A DNA stretch of 64,000 bases from Callorhinchus milii (taxonomy: Eukaryota), in NCBI RefSeq assembly GCF_018977255.1, contig NW_024704743.1, forward strand, positions 79,610,001-79,674,000, read 5' to 3'. The number at the start of each line of letters is the position of its first letter. Position 1 is the first letter of the stretch. The notes under the pieces were generated by a model. The model was not told the origin of the DNA and made no database searches. It saw only the letters and a program-made list of their open reading frames with translations. Shown here one piece after another: positions 1-13,264 of the stretch. The position numbers and the translations under genes are program-made.

Positions 1-1470
1 CTTTATGTAATGATTAAACCGATCAAATGGGCTAGGCCCAAGGCCTCTAGGCCAATTGGTAAATGTTGATTTTTAGCCACGAATAGAGCAGGATTATGGC
101 ACTCCTCAGCAGGTCAATGCTGGGAACAAAATATCTGACAAAGAAAACTGTCAGCCTGAGTAAGGCTTAAAAATGACAAAATAAAAATTGCGCACATTGA
201 AGTAAAAAACTATGGTGGATGTTGATATCTTAAAAGGAAGCAAGTATTCACTGGGATGGGTATTCTGCCACAAAGTATAGAATAGCCCAATTTTACCCTT
301 TTTTTTCTTACATTCAATGTAGTGGTATTGGCCTTGTAGCCCACACTAGTCATCCTAGCACTAGCTGTACACCACAGCTTTGTTCAAACAACTGAAAATC
401 TCAAGTGTGCATGAATGTCTTCCCAAACTATTGGGGTTTGTGATCTCTTGCCAGTCAAACTCCAGGTACTTGGAGTCACTGGAAATGCCAAGAAATATAA
501 TAGAAAACTCTTGGCATATTACATTTCCATCACTTTTTTGTCTGCTGGTTTCTAACACATCCTCCTGCTCCTCAGGACTATTCAGTTACAACAGCTCTTT
601 GACCTCCCATGTCCAGCATTGATCAGGGTGATGGAGGAAAGCCATATTGCAGGATGAAGGAAAGCTGAATGAGTGAGAGCACACAGGTTGGGGTTGAAGG
701 ACAGTTGGGGGGTCAAATAGGACACCAAGATTCTGCACCATGAGGTGGAGTGAGCATTCCTGCAGTTTAATTCATTCAGTACCTGAGGTGAGAAGGTGCT
801 GATGGGAGCTAAATAGAGGAGAGATCATGTCTTGTTGACATTCAACTGAAGAAAGATAGAGCTCATCCAGCACTTAATATCTGACCAGCAGTCATTGAGA
901 AGAGCCATGGTCCTAGAGTCGAGGATGGGGGCAGAGAGATTTAGTTAGGTGACATCTGCATTGAGTTAGGTGACAAGTGGAGGTGAACCCAATCCCTGCA
1001 GATGATGTTACCAAATGGGAGCATATAAATGGTGAAAAGAAGAAGACTGAGAATGGAACCCTGAGGAATGCTACACGTCACTATACGGGTCCAGGAAGAG
1101 AAGACAAATATTCAAGGCTGAAATTTGTGGTGTTCCTTAAAACATTACTTAATTTAGTTAAAGAACACTTTGAGGAGCAATATGAGTTGGCACCTATCTC
1201 CAGATGAATGGTTTTATCTTTTCAGGGATGTAGTGCTGTCATTTTGTGACTGTATTTGTAAAGTTTGTGGCTTTTGTCTTGTCATTTTTCTTTTTGCTTC
1301 GTATTGGTTTCCCAGAACCATTCTATCTTGGATGGCTGAAATCAACACTCACCTGGGCCCAAAAATTAACCTTTAATGATCTGCCCATTGGTTTCAAGCC
1401 TAGCCCATCTGATTGCTAAATGATTTATTTTGGTTCAGGCCTTTCTAGTCCCTTTGTGAATTTTAACCCC
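1..1470. mobile_element. Degraded palindromic non-autonomous DNA transposon (Harbinger-like MITE); left end lies outside the window; interrupted by an L2
   Basis: 1-180 is an inverted homolog of ~1270-1430 (tggct.aaatcaaca, gcctagcccat.tgat, ttgtcattttt). The right end ttgtgaattttaacccc is followed by TAA (1471-1473), as expected for a TWA target. Confidence 0.45.
620..1070 (-). mobile_element. L2 LINE RT fragment, old
   Basis: Reverse complement gives the degraded PQGSILS..LFTIYMLP..GFTST..ADVT and FLQLNV..K motifs, homologous to the L2 at 30667-31718. Confidence 0.8.
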
Positions 1471-2334
1471 TAAGTTTTACAAGTTTCTTTGGCTTTTTAT
1501 AAATGTCAATCGTCCGCCCTGCAGTTCAAAATTGTTGGTCAGTTGCCAGTTAGTGAGTGCAGTACCCATGAATTATACAGCCCTCAGCCATGAAGTAAAG
1601 CACAGGCTCCACTGCCAAGACTGTCATTTTAGATCTTGCCTTGCAATCATCAGCAATGTAACTGTTCATTTAGTGATTGCTCCACCAGATGGATTTACCT
1701 CTAACTCTAAATTTTGGGAATTGAACATTTATTTTGCCAAGTATTCATATCTTGGAATAGGATGCAAGTATATGCTACGCCGCAGTTATGCTTTCCGGCA
1801 CTGATTCAATGTAGTGGCTGTAGAGATCATTCGGAGTCAGCAGACCATACTATACTGGATTGATCTCACCTAGGCTTGAATCCAAGTAAACTGGACCTCA
1901 CGTGTAACTCAAGTGCACAGTCAGTGCTCTGCTAAATGCAGCATGTTCTGGGTCATTGTTAAAATGAATGAAGATCCAGTAATGTGAATGGCTCTGACTG
2001 ACAATAAGAATATTAAGGATGCTGGAAAGGAGCCCCAAGAACCTTTGTGCTGTACTTTATTTAGATTTGAAAATTGGCTTTATGTGGATGCTGCAGTCAG
2101 ACTGGAACTATTTTGCAACATGCACATTGATTCAGGTCTGAAAACACCTTTGCTTTGGCCCCTCCTTATTCATCTTTAAATCATACTTAAAGATCTACCT
2201 CTTCAATCACATCTAAGGTCACCTCCCCATCCTCCCTGGCTCTGTGCACTGGTTTCAGCCACTATTCTGAGCTCAAATCCTGGTATGAAGCTTGATTTTA
2301 GTCTTCTGAATCAGAGATGAGACATTTACCAACA

Positions 2335-2690
2335 AATAATAATACATAATCCTTGCATTTTGATATAGCGCTTTTCACGCCTTCCAGACATGTCAAAGTG
2401 CTTCACAGAATATACTCTAAAGTGAAATACATAAGAACATAAGAAATGCTAAACGAAAAAAGACCGAGGTCCATCTAATTCGCCTTCCACCTTCCTGGCT
2501 GTCGTATGCACATATTGCCCAAACTACCTATGTACTATATCCCATAACATTATTTCCTGAAAGAAAACTATCTATTGATTGTATATTTGTGGGCATTTTG
2601 TATATTTATGGACAATTCACTTTACAGTATATTCTGTGAAACGCTTTGAGACAGCTAGAAGAATGCAAGGATTATTTATTATTATTATTA
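2335..2690. mobile_element. Two Deu/L2-tail SINE 3' ends (minus 2335-2425, plus 2575-2690) flanking a CR1 tail
   Basis: ccttgcattt..gatatagcgcttttcacg (minus) and ttcactttacagtatattctgtgaa..gcaaggattatt (plus). Confidence 0.75.
2428..2575 (-). mobile_element. CR1 LINE 3' end
   Basis: acataagaacataagaa is the reverse of the (TTCTTATG)n CR1-type tail also seen at 56660; it is followed by gaccgaggtccatcta. Confidence 0.65.
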
Positions 2691-3444
2691 CCAAATGAGC
2701 CACGCTGAAACTAACTTAAGCCTTAATAGGGGTCACATGGTCATACATTGGCCTTTTCTACCCCACTGTTTGACCTGTGTTGTGGTCTAAAATTTCCTCT
2801 GAAAGCAGGTCATGCACTCTGGCCAGGTTTTGATTGGTTTCCATTGAAAACCATATGCAACTACTTTCAAGGTCAAGGTCAGGAATTTGCAGCTTCAGAG
2901 GTACATTATCACAATAGCCTTTCATCTCTCTATGAGACTCAGCTCTCAGTAAATTTGCAGGCCATTGATTCTGTTTATTTTGGTTCTAGGCTGGTTGGCA
3001 TCTGTATCAAATGACTAACACATTATCAGAGAGGGAAAAACTCGCAATAAAAATTTGCCATTCATGAGGGAAAATGTAAGGAACCCTTTGGGAGCATGCG
3101 TATATCGGAAATGCTTTAAAGCTTTGCTTTGCCTTATATCTTTCATGTTAGAAAGAAATAAACGCAAATTCACCAAAGACCAACTACATAATTTATGTAA
3201 TTAATGCATACAAATCCATGTACTTTACAAGTAAACAACTTATTAACTATGTAAATATAGCATTAGAAATAGATTGAAATTAATACAAAATAACAGGGAA
3301 CAGTGCAAACAGCCTGAAGGAGCACTGGGAGACATATTGGGCTACCATGACTCTCAAACTGGGTGGAGCTGAGGCATGTAGATTGTCTGCACATACTTTT
3401 TACTGCATTTGAGATTGGATCAGAACACACTGATCGATCCTTTT

Positions 3445-4016
3445 CGAATTTTTGGGGGTCAGCTGAGTGTCTGACACATGCAAAAACCCGTTACCATGCT
3501 TAAGAGTATCCAAACCTAACTGAAAGTTTCATGCATCCCACCTACACATGGAAATTCCTGAGATATTTATTGGAATGAAATGCGCACTCCCTCCCTGGAG
3601 GGACGCATCCTGCTTATCTAATTCCAGAAAGCATAGGCACAGTTTGACAAGCCTTGGGGTCCCTAGAGTATCTGTTGGGATACAGCTGGAGTCTTACCAG
3701 CAAAAACCGCATAGCTTGCCATTGATATCACTGTCTGGCAAGCTCTCCCAGTGCTTGACCAGCTAGGACTACCCTACACATTAGGGCTTTGGCTTGCAGG
3801 GTTACTGGGAGCTGAGTGGGAAAAATCCCTACCTCCAGTGACTGGTCTGCCCTTCCAAGTATTGTTGATGAGCCAGCTTGGCTGTACTATCATCAGCAGT
3901 GCCCTGGAATATTGCAGATCTGCCTGGCTCAGGAACTAGACTACCGAGACTGTCACAGAGAGCTGGCTTAATTCTGACATTCTGTTGCCAAGCATGTCAC
4001 CTTGGAGCCAATTCAA
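3445..4016 (-). mobile_element. Non-LTR retroposon 3' fragment (RTEX/I-like family X)
   Basis: Reverse complement is colinear with 19490-19540 plus 19847-20350 (ccaaggtgacatgc..ctctgtgacagtctc..gttcctgagcc..ccagggcactgctga..ggatactcttaagcatggt..tgtgtcagacac..cccccaaaaa). Confidence 0.85.
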
Positions 4017-4709
4017 TGGTATAATGGTTTTAAAGCTACAATTTTCCACCCACTCTCTCTCTCTCACTCTCTCACACACACTCACAGACGTGTTTTTATT
4101 TCACTCCAAAATACATGCAAAAATAGCACTAACCATGGGAGATGGCAGCAAGAAATGTGACTTTGTTTTCAAGACAGTGTTCTTTTTATTCACTAATGTC
4201 TTTGCTCACGGTAGTCTTCCTGCTTTCTGTACTGACTTATTGGGTACAGTTCTACTGGGGCTGGCAGCTGTGTTGTGTGCAAATTCATGTGTAGGCCTGG
4301 AGTGGTGTTGGTGATATTGGTGGTGATGGGGGAATGACTATTCCTCATCTGTGAGCCTGAATAGAGGATGTTGGAGGGATCAAATTTGCGAAATTTAATT
4401 TAATCTTATTAATGTGAGAATTATCACGTCAGAATTTCAGAAGAATATAGTTTCTGAACTGAACATTGGTTTGCACTGTAGGAGCTTTTCAAAATAGATC
4501 ATCCACCATCTTTGATACGTGCTGAACAAGGGCGGGAGCAAAATACATATTTACGAGTTTGTTGGCAGCATTCAAGTGCTTTACAGGATTACCAGCTGAG
4601 TTAAAACCAATAATTAGTGCCTAAAACTCACCATTTCATGAGAGATTGAATGTGATAATTACCACAAAGAATCTGTTATGAAATGTTGCAAAATTTCCCC
4701 CCAATTCCC

Positions 4710-4815
4710 CACTGAGCATTGGCAGACTATTCAACTCTGGTACAGATCACAACAAGCTGATCATGTCCTCACTTGACACACACACTTTTTTTTAGCATAG
4801 GTCACTGCCTAGGCA
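4710..4815 (-). mobile_element. AmnSINE2-like ancient SINE fragment
   Basis: ggcagactattcaact..gatcatgtcctcac..cacacac..agcataggtcactg matches the copies at 35255 and 37525. Confidence 0.45.
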
Positions 4816-4829
4816 GCAATTGATGTTAT

Positions 4830-5170
4830 AATAATAATAATCCTTATATTTTATATAGCATCTTATTATGTCTTCAAAATGTCAAAGCGCTTCACAGGAT
4901 TTACTGTACAGTGCAGTGATTGTAATTATAGGCAAACATTGCAGTCAATTTGTGCACAGCAATGTCCCACAAACAGCCACAAAGTAAATGATTTTATCTG
5001 GGGGATTGTTGGCCAGGATAAAACTCCTGTAGTGCCATGTGATCTTTAATGTTACCTGGACAGGAAGAAACTCAGTTTCATGACTCATTCCAAGAATTGC
5101 ACCTCCAACAATCCAGCACTTCACTTGAGTGTCAGCTTCCACTATAGGAGCTCACAATCCCAATGTGTGG
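4830..5170 (-). mobile_element. Older Deu-domain SINE
   Basis: Minus-strand tail (TAA)n ccttatattt; gcacagcaatgtcccacaaacagcca; gtgccatgtgatctttaatg. Confidence 0.8.
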
Positions 5171-5199
5171 GGTGAATCCACAAGATTCAAGGTGTCTTC

Positions 5200-5580
5200 A
5201 TTGGGGAGAAGCAGGGTCTCCTTCAAGCTGAACTGACTCTAAGGTGACATGCTTCGCAACTGAATGTCAGAAACGAGACAACCTATGCGACGATCCCAGT
5301 AGTATGGTTCCTGAGCCAGGCAGGTCTGCAATACTCCAAGGCACTGTTGATGAAAGCCCAACCAGATGGGCTCATCGGTCGGACTTAGAGGCGTAGGATT
5401 CTTCCCATTCAGCTCCTGATATCCCTGCAAGCAAAAGACGGAAAGGCCAGTCCAAGCTGGACAAGCAGCGGAAAGCTTACCAAATAATGCTTTCAATGGC
5501 AAGCTATGGAGGTTTAGCTGGTCATTAAACTCCAGCAGAACCCAAATGCATACTTTGGGGTCCTCTTGCCAGTTTGCGCC
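5200..5580 (+). mobile_element. Non-LTR family X fragment
   Basis: gggtctcctt..aaggtgacatgc..gaatgtcagaa..gttcctgagcc..ccaaggcactgttga..aaagcttacca..ttagctgg..actccagcag is homologous to 19455-20110. Confidence 0.75.
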
Positions 5581-6325
5581 TTGCTAAGCCAGTCCAGAAC
5601 TTTGGGAACTTGTTTGACTTTCAACTATCCTTTCTACGCCACATCTATGCCATGACCCGTTCTACCTTCCCCCGCCTCGCAACATCGCCCGGCTCCGACA
5701 CTGTCTCACACCGCAGGCCGCCGAAACCCTCACAAACGCCTTCATTACATCGAGGCTCAACTATGCAAACTCATTGCTTGTCGGCCTCCCCTACTCCTCC
5801 ATCCACAGGTTGCAGATCATCCGGAACTTTGCAGGCCGTGTCCTCTCCTATACCAGGCTCCGTGACCCTATCACACCCATCCTTGCCCAACTCCACTGGT
5901 TTCCGATCACACAGAGGATACAGTTCAAGATCCTGGTCCTCACCTTCAAAGCTCTCCATGGACTTGCTCCCCCNTACCTCTCCGACCTCCTAACCCCCTA
6001 CCACCCTGTTCGCTCCCTCTGCTCAGCGGGCTCCGGCCTGCTTCATGTCCCCCACCTTGCTCGCCCCACTATCGGCGGGTGGGCCTTCCGCCACTCTGCA
6101 CCCATTCTCTGGAACTCCATCCCGCAGTCCTTCCGTCTCACCCTCGCCACCCTCAAGACCCACCTCAAGACCTTCCTCTTTGACTGTGCTTTCGATCTCC
6201 CTGCTTCCCCTCCTGCCCTCCACTCTCCCCCACCCCAACCCCCCGCTCTATCTGTCCAGCACCTTGGGACGTCCTCCCAACATGAAAAGCACTATACAAA
6301 TGTCATTTAGCTGCTGTCGTTGTTG
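5580..6325 (+). mobile_element. L2 LINE, 5'-truncated (C-terminal ORF2 and 3' tail)
   Basis: ORF 5774-6310 contains LQIIRNFAGRVL..ITPILAQLHWFPITQRIQFKIL..YLSDLL..AF.HSAPILWNSIP..LKTHLKT, followed by the stem-loop tail and ttg repeats. Confidence 0.92.
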
Positions 6326-6707
6326 TAGGCTGACATACGTATTTCAATTTCAGATTGATTATTCATTCCTTTAGCCTCATTGCTCTTCCCAAGAACTGTT
6401 ACAAATGTCCATAAACAGTACGCTGCCTTGGAATTTGAGCTAGAATGCATCTGAACAGGACAAAGTATGTTCAAGCCTATCAGAATCAAAGATAGCATCA
6501 TTGGCAGAGACACAGCAGCAGTCTGTTTTTCTTTGCATTTTTTTCTTCAACAAAGATAAAGGAATTGTGTGTTCAAGCACAATACAAGAGGATATAACCG
6601 GTGGTATTCTCAATTCGGAATCCTTATTGCATAAACAGATACTCCTTCTGGTAACTAAATGTACGTCACACCGAAAAGTGGGAACTCTACTCTGCATGAT
6701 CGGAACT

Positions 6708-6972
6708 TGAACTCACATGGTCTAGGCTGACACTTCAATGCAGCGCTGTGGGGTGTGCTGCATGGTCAGAGCTGCCTTCAGATGAGATATTAAAACTGCG
6801 GTCCTATCTGCCTGTTCAGGTGGCTGTTAAAGATCCCGTAGCGCTATTCGAAAAGAGGAGATCCTCCCAGTTTTCTAGCCAACATTCCTCCAAATAAAAT
6901 TGGTCACTCACACCTTGGCTATTTGTGGGACAACAACATGATAAAGTGCTATATTAAATGCAAGGGTTATTG
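6708..6972 (+). mobile_element. Older Deu-domain SINE (SacSINE1/AmnSINE1-like)
   Basis: tctaggctgacacttcaatgcagcgctg..ttcagatgagatattaaa..atctgcctgttcaggtggctgttaaagatccc. Confidence 0.8.
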
Positions 6973-7224
6973 TAGCTCTTGAATGGCATTCTCACAGGAC
7001 GACAGGAATTCCAACTGGATTCCTTTGTATGACTTGCCACGAGTCAGACTCGTTTAATACCATCTAGTCAATTTCTTAGAACTTCTGCTCAAGATACAAT
7101 CGAGGCAATCTGATAAATATACTGATTTCATTTCCATCTGGATGCCCTGTGTTAAAGGAATGTCCGTGTCATCCGAATTCTGCCACGTAATCTTAAAATG
7201 CTACGGAGTAAGATATCTGCTGTC

Positions 7225-8499
7225 TCCATCCTCTCTATTTGTGACCAGGCCTCCCTCTGCCTCCTTGTCCTCCTGGACCTCTCTGCAGCGTTCGACACAG
7301 TCGATCACGCCATCCTCCTCCACCACCTTTCCTCCGTCATCCACCTCAGTGGGACCGCACTCGCCTGGCTCGAGTCGTACCTCACAAACCGCCAGCAGTA
7401 CATCTGCACAAACGGCTTCTCCTTCCGCTCTCCCCAGTCACCTGCGGGGTACTCCAAGGATCCATCCTTGGCCCCCTCCTCTTCTGATCTACATGCTCCC
7501 TCTTGGGGATGTCATCTGCAGACATGGGGTACATTTCCACATGTATGCGGACGACACCCAACTCTATTTTTCCACCTCTCTTTGTGACCCCAGTCCCCTG
7601 ATGTTCTGTCAGCCTGCCTGTCAGATCTCAGGGGCTGGATGAGCGCAAATTTCCTTCAGCTGAAGGTTGATAAGACGGAAGCCATACTCTTTGGCTCTCG
7701 TCAATGTCTAAAATCTCACGGCTCTCATCACCTCCACCTATCCGACCTCCCCCTAAAACTCTCCGACCCATATGCAACCTAGGCATCAAGTTCGACCCCC
7801 AATTATCCTTCCTCCCCCACATCCGGTCCCTCACCAGTACCGCCTTCTTCCACGTCCGATGAATCGCCTGCTTCTGCAAATACCTCTCTCCAAAAGCTGC
7901 TGAAACCCTGGTCCATGCCTTTGTCACCTCTCGGCTGGACTATTCTAATGCCCTCTTCGCAATCTCCCATCCACTACCATCCATAAAATCCAGATCATTC
8001 AAAACTCTACCACCTGTATTCTCACCTGCACCAAACTCCGCTCCCTGATCACCCCAGTCCTTGCCAGACTGCACTGGCTGCCTGTCCCAGAGAGGATTGA
8101 CTTCAAGATCCTCACCCTTGTATTCAAATCCCTCCACTCCTCTGCACCCCCCTACCTCTCTGACCTCCTCTCTCCTCAAAACAGTACCCATTGCCTTCAT
8201 TCCTCTGGATCTGGCCTCCTCCTCGTCCCCCGAGTCCTCCACTCCACCCTTGATGGTCGTGCCTTCAGCCACTATGCCCCAAAGCTCTGGAACTCCCTTC
8301 CTCACTCCCTTCCTCACTCCTTCGTTTTGCCCTCTCTCTTCCTATTTTCATGTCTCTGCTGAAGACCTTTCTCTTCGACCGCACCTTTGGTCACCTTCCT
8401 CCCCCTCCCCTGGCTCAGCCCCGGGATCCGTTACTGTAAAGCGCTCTGAGACCCCATCCGGTATGGAGGGCGTTATATAAATCCAAGTTGTTGTTGTTG
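7225..8499 (+). mobile_element. L2 LINE, 5'-truncated, tail variant B; contains the RT core
   Basis: [26 protein letters not shown] (YADD at ~7541-7555), frameshifted. Tail aaagcgctctgagac..ccggtatggagggcgttatataaatccaag(ttg)n. Confidence 0.95.
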
Positions 8500-9404
8500 T
8501 CCTCACTTACTCACATGTGCTACGTTTTAAAATTGTTGGCAGGAGGCAGCCTCAAAAGAGAGATATTGTGCAGCCCTCCCATTGCTCCACGGAGGTCATG
8601 AATGGGGTTAGTGGGCTCTAAGGATATAATTGTGCTTGTAAGTCATAGGTCATTGGCTACCATCTGAACATTGGCTCTTTCTGCCTGTGGGAAAATATAC
8701 AGTGATGTTCTGGTTATTCAACAAGGAGTTTAACAACCTCCTTACCCTGTAGGTGGTGGCACTTGGTTGCCATCCTGATCTGCAGTAACTCTGTTGTACC
8801 AACACTCCAGAAAGTAGTGGGAGCTGCATTCCTGCTGATCAGGGTCACCTCACACCTGGTTACCAACAGCTGCTATTTGCAATTTTTTGTATCAGGAAAC
8901 ATTGGACACACTTTTGTGACATAGGGTCACTTTGTGAAGTCGCTCCAGCAGGGAATCTGCCCCAAATATCCTTGGTTTCTACACTGCCTTTCACCAGCAG
9001 TTTTACACTGAATGTATAAGAACCAAGGAAACTGAGACACAAAAACAGATGCTGTCCTTTATAGAATTTTCCATTGTGTGAAATAATACAGGTTACTTTT
9101 AACAGATCATTGCTGGTAATACAGGTTAAGTCACAGGTTAAGGACTTAGTGTAAGAGTACATTAACACAGAGCCAGAAGTTTAAACGTCTCAGTATGACT
9201 GAATGAAACATCAAACAATATGTGTGTGGAAAGAGTTAATAATTGTCTAATCGTCTAAGTGCTAATTGTCCCTTCTGGCAAATGTAAGGTAGTATCCTGA
9301 AATGTCATTTCATTTCAGTGATTCTATTAATGAACTGCAATGAGAGACATTGGAATATGTGAAGTGATAATTCTCACTTACCATATATTTCATTGTATTA
9401 AAAT

Positions 9405-9690
9405 GTAATAATAATCATAATTCTTGTATTTGATATAGCGCCTATTATGTCATCAAAACGACTCAAAGGGCTTCACAGTATTTTACTGGAAAGTGTAGTA
9501 ACTGTGCATTTTGAAGTCAAACTCAGCAGCCAGTTTGCACAGAGCAATGTTCCACAACAGCCATAAAGTAAATTACCTTTATCTGGAGGATTGTTGGCCA
9601 GGACACTGGGACATATTTCTTTCTCTTTTCGAATAGTGCCGTGGGTGCTTTAGCACCCGCCTGAACTGGTAGAACGACCAAAGCTGAGTG
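9405..9690 (-). mobile_element. Older Deu-domain SINE
   Basis: cttgtatttgatatagcgcc..gcaatgttccacaacagcc..ttcgaatagtgccgtggg. Confidence 0.8.
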
Positions 9691-10959
9691 TCCTACCAAC
9701 TGGCTCCTGGAAATGGAAAGATTTTAGCTGAAATGTTAACAATGGGGCGAGGAGTTTGAGTTTTAAATATATGTTGATGACGTACAAATATTTTAAGAAT
9801 GCTTTAAACCCCAGACTTCCTTTTCTTATCAACATCCAGCTGGATAATGAAAGATTCACAATTAGCCTTTGCTTTGAACAGCCAAACCAAATTTAAAATA
9901 AAAATGAGAATGTTAAAAAGCTGCAAATACAACAAAACGTTGTCTTTGAGCAACTACGTGCTCCACTGAGCAAATATAATATTTGCCATCTGTTGGAAAT
10001 GTCATGGAGCTCAGGAAATTGTAGGAACAGCTGGTATATATGGATGAACTGATTAAAAATAGGGAATTGATTTGCAATTTATAAAGTGGGCATTCTTTTT
10101 CATGCCAATTTCAGGTTAATTTCATAAAATCAGCAGCTTCGTGCTCTGTGCGGTTATTGTGAAACATTGCATTTAGAGAACTCAAGGCACTCAGCGAGGG
10201 GCCAGAGCGTATTTGTAAGTATAGATTTGAAGAACGTAACATCATAATAACATTGGGTTTTCTTTTGATTCTGCACTTTGGTCGTTCCGATGAAATCAAA
10301 TCCAGGCTGATTTCCGCCAGAGAGCTTGCTACTGGAATTAGCTCTTTACTCGTCTAAAGAACTCAGACCATGTTTTAGACAATCAATTTAGCAGTAGATT
10401 CCTGGGTAGGATAAATGGAAGATATAGATTTGATTTTGGAAGGCTGCAAATTTAAATTACAAGTCACAAAGTCTGTAATCTACAGTCAGAAACATGCTGT
10501 TTCTAAACCACTCACCAGGACATTATTTTGTAGCAACCTCTCTAAACCCCAAAGTTTTTATATGTATTTCTTTTTGAAATGAATATTTTAAATTGACGAT
10601 GTGTAATTGAATTGTATACTGTCAGATGAAAATCATATTTCCGGATTAAATCAGATTTTTAACTTTGCTTTTCCCTCGTTTGTTTCCTGTGTTGCTCAGA
10701 GGTCAGAATCCAATTCAGATACAATTCTGATGAGCCAACCTGTTACAGGGGCAGGGGATAAGTGTTCAGATTCCTGATATAAGCTTCAGATTTCCTACCC
10801 AATTGACAAAACATGACAGTCATTTAAGATTCACCTGTGAAATGTGTAGCCAGAGTCAGACCTTAGAAGCTCAGGTTCGGATGACTGTGTGAGGAACTGG
10901 GACACAAAGGTGCAAATAACCAGGAAAAACAAGACCGCAATGAATCAACTAAAGAGTGT

Positions 10960-11345
10960 AATAATAAATTAATAATAATCAGATAAATGCAGGATTATTT
11001 AATATAGTACCTTATCACATCTTCAAGATATACCGCGAAGTAAATTGACTGTGAATTTTGTGGATGAAATGGGGCAGCCAATTGCGCACAGCAGTGTCCC
11101 ACAAACAGTCGTGGATTGAGTGACCAAATTATTATTTTTTTGAAGGGATTATTATCCTCGGAAAAGTGATTCCCCCAATCGACTAACAATCGTGTTCCTA
11201 CTTTCTGCTAGGTGAACAGAGTTGTATGGAGTAAGGAAACTTGCCTAACGTTTCGCTCTGCCCGGGAATAAAACCCAGCACGTAGTTGCTCAAAGACAAC
11301 TTCTCACTTTTGAGGCAAGAGTTCTAACCAATATGCTACAGGATT
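10960..11345 (-). mobile_element. tRNA-CORE-Deu SINE, long form, diverged
   Basis: gcagccaattgcgcacagcagtgtcccacaaacagtcgtggattga..gttcctact..ctgctaggtgaacagag..ggagtaaggaaacttgcc..gctacagga. Confidence 0.85.
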
Positions 11346-12504
11346 TCAGAAATCAAATAAAAATTATAATAGATCAGAAATAAACATTGAATCGAGCAGT
11401 GGAGATTGGAGCAGTCAGGAAATATGGTTTCTAATACATAAGAAAAAGAGACAAACATTTACTGTAAACTGTAGTGACTGTATTTTGTGGGCACACTGCA
11501 CTGTAGGGACTGTATCTTGAGGTTTATTGGTGTGGGGTGGGGGGTTATCAGGGTATATTTTTTCAGGAGAAATTGTGGCGGGGAAGCGAAATACCACAAC
11601 CGTTCCACCCCCTCCCTAGCCCCCGAGTACATTCGGTAAAAATCAGGATTTATTTTGAAACATTCACTTGATGTGATGCAGTGTGATGCGCATGTATTTG
11701 TGGAACAAGCTACAAGTGTGTGGATCCCATTGCGTGTATTCCTGCAACCAGTGGTGCAATGGGGCGAGTCTCAGGAATGTGTGAACCACCCACTAAGGAC
11801 AGCAAAAAATAAATCAGAAATGTCAATTTTCGGGTGAATATCATTGTTTATTGCCAATTAATTGTCACCGAAAATAAACAGGTAATGTAATTATCAGTGA
11901 AAATCAGATTTAAACAAAAGATTTTAATGATCCTTATCCCTAACGCAGGATTATAGTGGCGAGTAAGTATGTAAACAAGTATCTGGCAGCCCTCCAGCCT
12001 GAGTGGGATCAGCTGTTGTGCTCTGGTGCATTTTATGTGACATTAGAAAGGTTGTCAGCTGGCCTATAAACCAGTCAGCATGTGGTTCTCTGGCACATAG
12101 AACTAATGCTGCTGTGCTTGAGCTGTTTGTACAGAGCAGCATGAAGCTGTAGTATCTCATCATGTCAATTTCGGGTTCTTTTCAGCAATTCAGAATCAAC
12201 CATCTATTTATACACAGTGAAAAGTAGGACCACTGGCTAATAGCTTCCTGTTTTAAAAGTAAACACAATGGGGGAAGAAATAGCAAAGATGGAAAGTCAA
12301 TGAGGGAGCAATGTACTAATCTTCTGGAGGTCAGTATTGACTTGCACAAGGAATAATGAAATACATGCTGTCTCAGCACTGTGAGTCACATCCACATAGA
12401 AAAGCTATTGTGTCAATCACATCAGCTCAAAACAACTCTAAGTTACAAGACCAACCTATTGCTCAAGAAAATATTACATCAGTGAGACTTAATAAATGAA
12501 AAAA

Positions 12505-12830
12505 AATCCTTGTATTTGATCTAGTGCCTTATCATGTTGTCCTTAAGAGGATAGTGACTGTATATTTGTAGGTGCATGTGACAGACAATTTACTCACAGC
12601 AATGTCCCACAAACAGCCATAAAGCAAATGAACAAATTTTTGCTGGATAATTGGGTCGGACATTGAGAGAAACTCCTTCCGAATCGTGACATTGGATCTC
12701 ATCGAAAGGATGGTATCTCCAACAATGCAACTCTCCTTCAGCATTGTATTGGTGAGTCAGCCTAGATAGTGAGCGCAAAGTCTCGATGTCGGGTTTGAAC
12801 CCACTTCTTCCTGATTCAGAGGCCAAAACT
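12505..12830 (-). mobile_element. Older Deu-domain SINE
   Basis: cacagcaatgtcccacaaacagcc..tctcatcgaaaggatggtatctcc..gtcagcctagat..gggtttgaacccac..ctgattcagaggc. Confidence 0.75.
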
Positions 12831-13264
12831 TGGCTAATATATGTATTTGATGAGAAGAAAATATAACCCTGAGAATCTTTAGAACTTGAAGCAACATTTT
12901 GTTCTCCAAGAACTAGTTCCTGACATTACCACACAAATCTCACAAAGGAGAAAACACTTAACATTGTAAATTAGTTCATGAACACAATTTAAGATGCTGG
13001 AAAAACAACTTCATTCACAGCCAGAGAGCTGGGATTAGCCAGCATGTTGTCAATGATCAGACCTTTGCGGTGTTAACATGGAAATTCAATTTATTGTTTC
13101 TTTACAGATTTCAAAACGCATCTTTCAGCATTTTGATCCTGATACTTTAGTTTATATTATTAAATGGCAATTGATTTTTTGTTTAAATGCTCGAAAAATA
13201 AGTTGCATTTCAAGTTGCATCTGTTGCATGTTTTCAAATTCTTAATGCATGGTAAAATACAATA

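Noticed and set aside
6556..6650. Possible 95-bp exon after a polypyrimidine tract, ending CTG|GTAACT
   Set aside because: Weak AAG acceptor, unrecognised peptide and no partner exons; needs RNA-seq
10724..10760. CTGATGA as a second hammerhead (also ~19177, ~53893, ~63077)
   Set aside because: No stem II followed by GAAA and a cleavage triplet
11500..11945. hAT-like element bounded by TAGGG..CCCTA
   Set aside because: The terminal match is only ~6 bp and no 8-bp TSD was found
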